Below, piece after piece: positions 9,111 to 18,391 of a stretch of 18,391 nucleotides of DNA (its first letter is position 1; every line of letters starts with the position of its first letter). Source of the DNA: Ginkgo biloba (lineage: Eukaryota > Plantae > Ginkgophyta); contig JANKJI020000002.1 of the NCBI GenBank assembly GCA_024626585.2, positions 148,326,735 to 148,345,125 on the forward strand, given 5' to 3'. The notes under the pieces were generated by a model, which made no database searches, was not told where the DNA came from, and was given only the letters and a program-made list of their open reading frames with translations. The position numbers and the translations under genes are program-made.

Positions 9111-10299
9111 AAAGTGGGACCTTTTCCATGGTGCATCCACTTGGCGTTAATCATAGGAAACACCGGATGATGTAGCTTGAATCCTAGGCACTTCGAGCTC
9201 TATTACGTCGAACACCCTGTTACACATGTTAATTATGACAGCCAAACTCGCGTATGTAGAAGCACATAATTATAGTTCACTGTGATGTTAATCAAGCACA
9301 TAGAAGCTAAGAAATGAAGGATAAAAAAAAGGATGCTTCATTACACTACCATAGCCTAATGGCTTTATAAATTACAGGGATCTATACTTTTGNNNNNNNN
9401 NNNNNNNNNNNNNNNNNNNNNNNNNNNNNNNNNNNNNNNNNNNNNNNNNNNNNNNNNNNNNNNNNNNNNNNNNNNNNNNNNNNNNNNNNNNNNNNNNNNN
9501 NNNNNNNNNNNNNNNNNNNNNNNNNNNNNNNNNNNNNNNNNNNNNNNNNNNNNNNNNNNNNNNNNNNNNNNNNNNNNNNNNNNNNNNNNNNNNNNNNNNN
9601 NNNNNNNNNNNNNNNNNNNNNNNNNNNNNNNNNNNNNNNNNNNNNNNNNNNNNNNNNNNNNNNNNNNNNNNNNNNNNNNNNNNNNNNNNNNNNNNNNNNN
9701 NNNNNNNNNNNNNNNNNNNNNNNNNNNNNNNNNNNNNNNNNNNNNNNNNNNNNNNNNNNNNNNNNNNNNNNNNNNNNNNNNNNNNNNNNNNNNNNNNNNN
9801 NNNNNNNNNNNNNNNNNNNNNNNNNNNNNNNNNNNNNNNNNNNNNNNNNNNNNNNNNNNNNNNNNNNNNNNNNNNNNNNNNNNNNNNNNNNNNNNNNNNN
9901 NNNNNNNNNNNNNNNNNNNNNNNNNNNNNNNNNNNNNNNNNNNNNNNNNNNNNNNNNNNNNNNNNNNNNNNNNNNNNNNNNNNNNNNNNNNNNNNNNNNN
10001 NNNNNNNNNNNNNNNNNNNNNNNNNNNNNNNNNNNNNNNNNNNNNNNNNNNNNNNNNNNNNNNNNNNNNNNNNNNNNNNNNNNNNNNNNNNNNNNNNNNN
10101 NNNNNNNNNNNNNNNNNNNNNNNNNNNNNNNNNNNNNNNNNNNNNNNNNNNNNNNNNNNNNNNNNNNNNNNNNNNNNNNNNNNNNNNNNNNNNNNNNNNN
10201 NNNNNNNNNNNNNNNNNNNNNNNNNNNNNNNNNNNNNNNNNNNNNNNNNNNNNNNNNNNNNNNNNNNNNNNNNNNNNNNNNNNNNNNNNNNNNNNNNNN

Positions 10300-10803
10300 C
10301 TTAATACTCATAGAGTACATCACCTTCTGTTAGCGGTGTAATGCATGATCCTCTCTTCAAGATGTATTTAGATATCCTTTCATTTATGAGAGGGGGGTTA
10401 TGTATATTCACTTGATCTCCACTTGATATTACATATGTGGTGCCATTGGATGTGATTATTGTTGTTAAGTTGGTGTATTATTCTGATATGCCATGCGTCA
10501 TCCTAACTATCTTTCATTATNNNNNNNNNNNNNNNNNNNNNNNNNNNNNNNNNNNNNNNNNNNNNNNNNNTGTTCCTTGTGTCTTGAAAAACTCCCTAAA
10601 CCCAAACTTTGAAAGTCACCTTCAAAGTCTTCAAATACAAGTCCTTCTCTTTATTAGAGTTCACTTCTCCATTCAGGTCTGCGGGATGTGAAACAAGCAA
10701 TGTGTCCACTACTTCCTTCCTAACCTATGAACTCCCAAATGTCCTTCCTTAGAATATGTCTGGATTTGAATACTTTCATCAATCTGACTTCATTCTTCTT
10801 CCA
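10300..10803. repeat. Copy A of unidentified ~0.5-0.67 kb repeat
   Basis: Aligns collinearly with 12466-12942 (shared tcctctcttcaagatg, tttgaaagtcaccttcaaagtctt, ccttccttagaatatgtct, gacttcattcttctt). Left end is lost in the N-run. Confidence 0.88.
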
Positions 10804-11589
10804 GTTTTACTTAACTCGATATTTTATCTCTTGGGGTTTTCTATCCATAATTTACCAATGACATCTTGTAATACTTGATCCTCAAACTCTGATAGATTTT
10901 CTTTACTTCACATGGATGTGACACCTTCATAAAATACCCCATACATTTGTTTTTGGGTTTGTACTTAGTCAATTAGCTTAAATTTCTCTATCTTCATTGG
11001 GCTATCTCCATCAGGATTTTCCAACACACACATTCTTTCTCCACTAAACATTTCCCAAATGCCAAAAACTTGATAACAAGGGTCAGTCTTCATTAACTAC
11101 TTTACAAACTTCTCTCGGGTCCATATGACATGAGCAACTCATAAATTCCACCTTTTCCTTCCAAAACCTAATACAAAATAAAACCCCTAGTACTAAAAAA
11201 TGATTTGATGGGGGCCTTGGGCATCCCCTTCCCTTAATTGCCTTTAATCTTGACTTTAGGTCCACGGGATTCAAGTCCCTATTTTTCATGGTGAGATGTC
11301 ATGTTCAATCCATGAACCTATGATTAACCATCTTTTCATGGAGGGATAAACTCTGCTTTATATATCTATCGGGTCTACTAGATATCCATAAAAAATGTTA
11401 TTTGACAAAACCTATGATCTTATAAAATTCTAAATCCTTACTTCTCTACCAAAATTANNNNNNNNNNNNNNNNNNNNNNNNNNNNNNNNNNNNNNNNNNN
11501 NNNNNNNNNNNNNNNNNNNNNNNNNNNNNNNNNNNNNNNNNNNNNNNNNNNNNNNNNCTTATTCCCCTCACTTCCTTCTCTCATACTAT

Positions 11590-12942
11590 TTTTCTACTTA
11601 ATTTTTTCTTCCCTTTCTCTCCCTCCTTTCTTCTCCTCCTTCTTTCTACACTTATATATGCTACCGCCTTTTATTACCAATGTCTCTACTCTAACATTGT
11701 AGTTGGTAATATTCATTATGGCCTTACAATGGCTCTTTTCCATTACGACATTGTAACATCTCTATTCACCTATGTGTTCCTCATCCTTTCATCTCTCCTT
11801 CAGGATTCTAGTGCATATTACTTGTCATTAGAGGTATAATGCCTGCTCCTTTCCTCAAGATGTCTTTAAATTCTCCTTCATTTAAGAGGTGTGGGCTCTA
11901 TATTGTCACTTGATCCCAACTTGATCTTATACAAGTGATATTGTCGAGATGTAACCTTCTATGGTTGAGATAGAATATATCTCTAATAGTCTATGTTTCA
12001 TCCTTGTTGTCCTCCAATGCTCAAAGAATTCTACTGCTCCATCTCCTTTCATTGTTCCTTGCATCTTACAAAAGTATCGAAACCTAAAATTTGAAAGTAA
12101 CCTTTGAAGTCCTTAGATTCAGGTCCTTCTCTTTGTTGGAGTTCACTTCTCCATTCAGGTCTATAGGATATGAAACAAGTAAAGTGTCCACTTCTTCCTT
12201 CCTTACCTTTGAACTCTAAATAACCTTCCTTAGAATATGTCTGGATGTAAATCCTTTCATCTCTTTTTTCCTCTCTCACTTTTCCTCTTCTCTCTATCAT
12301 TCCTTTCATTTGTTTTCACTTATATGTTCCACCAACTCTAGATGCCAATGTCTCTACTCCTATGTCATGGTTGGTGAGCCTTATAATGATCTTGCAATGG
12401 TTCTCCTCCATTAATGTACTATAATGGATCTACTCTTCTATGTGTGTCTTTTTCCTTTGGGTCTCCTTAGCACTCATAGATTACAACACTTATCGTTAGA
12501 GATGTAATAGATAATCCTCTCTTCAAGATGTCTTTAGATATCCTTTTATTTATGAGATGCATGTTTTGTATCTTCACTTTATCTCCCCTTGATCTGGCAT
12601 GTGTGGCATTGTTAGATGTGACTATCGTTGATGAGAGGATGTATGATTTTGACATGCCGTATGTATCCTAGATTTCTTTTAGTGTTTTGGGGATTTTTAT
12701 CACTCCATCTCCTTTCGTTGTTCCTTGCATCTTACAAAACTCTTGAAACCCAAAATTTGAAAGTCACCTTCAAAGTCTTTAGATTTAGGTCCTTCTCTTT
12801 GTTAGAGCTCACTTCTCCATTAAGGTCTATAGGATATGAAACAAGTATCTTCCTTCCTTACCTCTGAACTCCTAAATAACCTTCCTTAGAATATGTCTAG
12901 ATGTAAATCCTTTCATCAATTAGACTTCATTCTTCTTTCAAT
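11590..12942. repeat. Copies B (~11590-12261) and C (~12262-12942) of the same repeat in direct tandem, period ~660-670 bp
   Basis: Anchors cacttatat at 11649 and 12317; ccaatgtctctactc in both copies; gaatatgtct at 12233 and 12889 (and 10752 in copy A). Confidence 0.9.
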
Positions 12943-13840
12943 TATGGGATCGACTATAGATAAAGCATCTAAATTGTATATATTAAGATGGGAAACTAAC
13001 CGTTTAGTAACCAAATGTCCCTTGCATATACAAAATAAATATAACTTTATTCCATGTGAAGACAAAATTCTAGTCAATTTCTCTAAATTTACTCTTTATA
13101 AATCAAATATATTTTTTTTCAAAGGGGGAAAAAAAAGAAAAAGACCACCAAACACAAGGTAGCACTAGAATCCTATAAGGAATATTATTTCCCCTTTTTT
13201 ATACATATTATAAGAATAAAATTAATAAAAGTAGCCTTCAAATTCATCACTCTAGTGTGATATCACAAATTTATACCATTGGTCAACTAACATGATTCTA
13301 GATTCCTCTCATAACATTGATGTGGTTGAATAATAGAGGTGGTAACNNNNNNNNNNNNNNNNNNNNNNNNNNNNNNNNNNNNNNNNNNNNNNNNNNNNNN
13401 NNNNNNNNNNNNNNNNNNNNNNNNNNNNNNNNNNNNNNNNNNNNNNTGATGATGATTTGCAAGCAACCAAAATGTCATCAATATGGAGATGGGGATTATT
13501 GGATTTTCTAATGCGATGTAATTTTGGTGAAGGTTGTAGTCATTTGGAATTTTCTTGTCTGCATTACTAGTAAAGATTTAAATGTTTGATTGGAGAGTGC
13601 TTAGGGAGGCTGGAGGCCGAAGAGCAATTTTACCTTGATAAAAGGATGGATAATAAAATTTAAAGTAGAGATCCACCTCTTTGAAACTATAGGCGATGAA
13701 TAGAGGTTGGAGAGTGATTTCATCTATGTCACCAAATAAATCTAATCCTTATTTTATATATATATGTCAATCTAACATAGCTTTCAAAACCTATGGTGCA
13801 TATATGGAAAAAATTATATGTTATTGATTGCCTGCAATGC

Positions 13841-13864
13841 ATATATGTTGCCCGCAACATATAT
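13841..13864. repeat. Perfect 11-bp inverted repeat with 2-nt spacer
   Basis: ATATATGTTGC-cc-GCAACATATAT, read directly. Confidence 0.8.
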
Positions 13865-14699
13865 TCTTATCAACGTGTAACAAAGGCAAGACCTGCATAA
13901 ATTATAAGAGCATGCACACAACTGTTATGTAACAACCTACTTTTATAGAGGTCAACACAGAATTGTAGGAGTCAAATTATAAACATCAACTACGATTATG
14001 TTTATATTAATTGAATTATGGAAAAATGACTCCATTTTTTAACTTCTAGTGTAATTATTATCAATATATTACATGATATCAACTATATGTACTTTTACAT
14101 ATTCTAGTGCAAACAATATGCCATATTCAACTACATCTTTATGTACCATATGGAATACTTTCTTACGTTTTATTAAGAAAATAATATTCGTATAATTTTT
14201 AAGATCATTCATATTGTGATATGATTTTTCTTATCTATGAAAAATAGGATGGAATTTAATATTATGTCTTAGCAACACTTGAAAAAAAATATTATGATGA
14301 GAAACTGTATAATTATCTTTAAATCCTATGTATGCTCCTTAGTTAATCTTTTATGTTCATTTAATTATTATCATCCTATTCATCTAATGTAAGTTATTTT
14401 TCCTCTTCATGCAAAATATAATAATATATACTTAGATCCATAAACAACTACGTGATGTCATTATAATGAATGTTCCCTCCTACAATGTTGTCTTTAATGA
14501 TGCTTTGTTCTCAATTAAAATCATTTTCTTATAAGCATCTTAAATAATTCCTTTGAGAACATGATATTCTAGTTTGTTAATTTCCTTATGTCCTTCTATA
14601 TTATTTCTTCTTTCTCATTAACTCCATGTCAATGTTATTTACTATTTTCTTCTTCTTCTCCATTCTCTTCATCTTTTTTATGACTACCTTATTCTTATA

Positions 14700-16450
14700 A
14701 TTCATTAATTTATATTAATCTACATCCATTAGAACTATATTAAATTATAAATAATTTTCAATTATTAGAAGGATGATTACATAGGAAAATTGGGTTACAT
14801 TGTTCTGGAAATACATATGCCTCTATTGTTATCTTAAGTCTAGTGTGATTGATAACATAAAGTTCAAATTAACATGTATCATTTTTCCTTGAATAACACA
14901 ACTTTATATGTCCTCTAATATTCCCTTAGTATATTAAATTTTCTATTCTAATGAATATATCTTTTGCATGAGATAGACAATCAACCANNNNNNNNNNNNN
15001 NNNNNNNNNTATAATAGTAGGGTTGTCTACTTTTGTCAACTCCATGAACATGAAAGTGTCGACATTTTGTCCATTCCTTTATAATGATTTACTTATATAT
15101 AAAAAATATTGATTCAATAACCATGCATTAGATTTTCTAAATTGCATATGAATAAGTAACGTGTATTTTAAATAAAGATATATAAAATAGTTTTAACAAC
15201 TAACAATGCATGATTAAAATCATTATATAATATCTAGTTATTCTTTTNNNNNNNNNNNNNNNNNNNNNNNATGGTTAGTATTTTCTTTTAGACACTTCTA
15301 AGGATATATTGTTGGTCTTTTTTCTCAAAGTTACAATGATATAGTTTCACAAGTGTTAGAGCTAAGCCTCCTAGGTAATATTTGATAAGCATCTAGAGAA
15401 ACTTCTTTTTCTATCTCATAATTGCTCAACCATAGTTCCTTATGTATATAATTTTTTGTAACATAAAGTTTTAAGGCTTATCATTCACTCACATCTATAT
15501 ATATACAATTCACACATGAAATTATATNNNNNNNNNNNNNNNNNNNNNNNNNNNNNNNNNNNNNNNNNNNNNNNNNACTAATAATATGTTATAATATGTA
15601 CTTGAGTAATACCATTTTTATTTAGAACAACTTGCTACAAACTCTTCTAATTCATATTACACCTTATAATACCTCCCCTTTTCATATTTTAATCTCATCA
15701 TTATTCCATAAATTTGGAGCATTAATATCTAATTCAACCAAATACTTGCTAAGTTGAACCATGGATTAAAATATGTTATATGCCTCCACCATTAAATTCT
15801 TTTGCCAAGCTCTTTGTTTGATAAAAATCTTTTGTACCTTCATATAATCCTCCACAATCCATATTGTCCTATTGTGAATATGTCCACATAGTTCAATTTC
15901 ATATATTATGTGAAAAACATAATTCTCTTGTCTATTGAAAAAGTAGTAGGGAAATACTATTACATATCATACAATAGAAGGGAGCATTTTTATTTTAATG
16001 TTTTAGTTGATTTTTTTTTTTTAAATATGTACACCTATAAAAATGCATATGAATAAATTATATTATGTGAACTTTTACAAGGGAGTGTAGAATAATTGAT
16101 CTTAATAAATAGTATACCTAATAAATATGCTTAACTTATAGACCATTCTTCTTATATTTTCATTAAAAGAGTTTGAAATTATAAGAGGTAGTACACACTA
16201 ACGTTGAATGGTAGAATCTCATACAATCCCCATTTTATCATGTATATAACAAGTTAAAAATAAAATCTATGTGTTTTATCCATCATTGATTCAATTCATT
16301 ATCTCTTTCCCATCACTGCATTTTCCTTTCTAGGCTATTTATATATTATACAATATGGGTAATTAATTGATGTTGACAAAATAGTGCAATGAATAATGGG
16401 ATGGAATAGTCATGTAATCTCATGTTAAATGTATCCTAGATGATATATAA
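14700..16450 (-). mobile_element. Degenerate CACTA/En-Spm transposase (TnpD-like) relic
   Basis: Minus 15960-15766 reads IVFPYYFFNRQENYVFHIIYEIELCGHIHNRTIWIVEDYMKVQKIFIKQRAWQKNLMVEAY, DUF4218-like (FPPSFFD..HL..HL..E..LCGPV..RWM..ER....LK...R..PEGS..EGY). ~15060-15020 reads RHFHVHGVDKSR. 14823-14758 reads EAYVFPEQCNPIFLCNHP, DUF4216-like (EPFVFPxQxxQVF). Domain order is correct; boundaries are approximate. Confidence 0.82.
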
Positions 16451-17339
16451 TAGCGAACCATAATACTTTCATTCAATTCTAAACTCCCCAATCCTAAACA
16501 CATATTATGTGCCATGTAATTATGGTTGAGATCTATATATATTTAATCAACTATATATATTTATGTGCATTGATTTTTAACATTATGGTACATTAATTTT
16601 TTTTAATGATATAATATAGGTTTATACATAGCTATTTAAAATGTTGTCATATAATTTAAGTACGATTTTATTTTTAATAATAGTATTAATATAGGTGTTA
16701 TACATAGCCAACTATGTGGGAGAGATAGTGTTTACATATATAATGTCATATGGAATATGTTCCTTCAAAATACACACATAATATTATATTTGGTTTTNNN
16801 NNNNNNNNNNNNNNNNNNNNNNNNNNNNNNNNNNNNNNNNNNNNNNNNNNNNNNNNNNNNNNNNNNNNNNNNNNNNNNNNNNNNNNNNNNNNNNNNNNNN
16901 NNNNNNNNNNNNNNNNNNNNNNNNNNNNNNNNNNNNNNNNNNNNNNNNNNNNNNNNNNNNNNNNNNNNNNNNNNNNNNNNNNNNNNNNNNNNNNNNNNNN
17001 NNNNNNNNNNNNNNNNNNNNNNNNNNNNNNNNNNNNNNNNNNNNNNNNNNNNNNNNNNNNNNNNNNNNNNNCCAAAGTAATGTAAAGTGGAACATTAAGT
17101 TAAATTACCTTGAAATTATACATTCCACCTAATTTTACATGCACATGAATTTTTATATTATTATTTTTAGTGTTGGTACCTACCACCTTTTCTCACATGA
17201 TCTAATACTATCCTCTACAATTTTTTTTATCGATTTGTTTAGAGGAGTTAGGATTTTTTTCTGATTTTGAAAGTGGACAATAGAATATATAAAATTTGGA
17301 TCACAATTTCTAGGATTTTGGGAATTGGTTGAGGTAAGG

Positions 17340-18030
17340 TGCATGCATATTTTAAATTTTAAATTTTAAAATTTTATTTTATTTTATTTTTGAATTTTAA
17401 CTACTAATTTAGGTTTTGAATCCAAATTCAATAATGTTTTATTTATATAAAAAGTTTAAAACCACTATGTGTTTTTATAACTCATTGATAATTTTCATTT
17501 ATTAGTCTTACTTGGATTTTGTTTTTAATGGGGTTTCTTGCATTTGGAGTTTACATGAGCTTATTATTTCCTTATTCTAGGTATGCAAGTATATTTTTTA
17601 CAATAGTATTTTTCTATTTCAATTAATAAATTTAAGTTTTGAATACAACTTTATTACTAATTTATTTGTAAAAAATATTGTTAAACCATTAAATGTTTTT
17701 CTAACCCATTAATGTCTATATTATCTTGATTTTGCCTCATTCTAGGTATTTAGATACCTTTTTTTGTAATTTTATTTTCTATTTCATCTAATAAATTTAG
17801 GTTTAAAATCCAAACTTATTTTTTGGTTTGTTTGTATAAAAAAATTTGAAACTACTAAATATTTTTCTAATCCCTTGATAATTTATTTTTATAGTGGTCT
17901 TCCTTGGATTTTGGTTTTAATGGCCTCATTTTGGACTTTAAGTCTACATCATATTGTTAGTTCCTCATTACGTGCATGAAGTTATACATTTTTATAATTT
18001 TATTTTCTTTATTTATCTCTACTAGGGTTA
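17340..18030. repeat. Diverged AT-rich tandem repeat, ~3 copies of a ~220-bp unit (middle copy shorter)
   Basis: Anchors aatttaggttttgaatccaaa (17406), aatttaagttttgaatacaac (17629) and aatttaggtttaaaatccaaa (17794). Shared cttggatttt..ttttaatgg (copies 1 and 3), and cattctaggtat and ttttctatttca..taataaattta motifs. Confidence 0.75.
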
Positions 18031-18391
18031 TGTTAGTCTTTATTTTACATTTGATTGTGCAATCATTACACTCAAAACAAAATAATAGAGAGAAACATCC
18101 TAAAATGACTTTCTTCCTTAACCATTATTTTTAATGAATTTCTACATATAAACCAACCTTGATACTACCTTTTACCCTTAAATTCTCTTATTTTTGTCTA
18201 TCAATGTTAATATTTTTATTTTTAACCAACTCTCCTTGGTCCTTTTCTAATCCATAGTTATGATTTCTTCACATTTTTATTTTTTTTTTCGAAAAAATGC
18301 TTCTTATATTAACATGAAATGAACATTATACACAAATAAACTTCTATCTCAAGGATAGTAAAAATGCCCTTAAAATAGCTTGATTCCTACC

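Noticed and set aside
13566-13580. TACTAGTAAAGA as a decayed CACTA terminal inverted repeat
   Set aside because: No matching partner terminus or 3-bp TSD is visible in the window.
13580-13741. Short open minus frame (DLFGDIDEITLQPLFIAYSFKEVDLYFKFYYPSFYQG) with a possible donor at 13633
   Set aside because: Poor acceptor context, no partner exons and no recognisable family.
2141-17071. Long ORFs in the track spanning N-runs (2141-2465, 5108-5464, 7105-7204, 9393-10299, 10521-10570, 13347-13446, 16798-17071)
   Set aside because: They are artefacts of X translation. Several N-runs have round sizes (10, 50, 100 nt) typical of assembly placeholders.

Overview
AT-rich eukaryotic genomic DNA, most consistent with a land plant and possibly a bryophyte. 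This is inferred from GT-AG intron style, CG/CHG mutation signatures and the TE families present. There are 12 N-runs. The left ~3.3 kb is CpG-retaining unique sequence holding the 5' part of a spliced minus-strand gene that the ORF track misses. Joining exons 981-759, 300-248 and 75-<1 gives a secreted/signal-anchored precursor, ...VSVSFAITLLFVIISSTFVSA/RSVPHYVG|IAETTKLMSNVRQRGGE|ILDYGEIEAFPVGPSSLVAEWFMTF..., running off the left edge. Its DYGEIEAFP motif resembles the tyrosine-sulfated PSY peptide core (DYGDPSANP) but lacks the conserved Asn and His, so it is a candidate divergent or new sulfopeptide hormone precursor. The remaining ~15 kb is decayed transposon sequence: a minus-strand LINE ORF2 (endonuclease, RT, C-terminus) split in two, a Ty3/gypsy-like gag fragment, three copies of an unidentified ~0.5-0.67 kb repeat, a CACTA transposase relic and several tandem repeats. 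No RNA genes or prokaryotic features are supportable.
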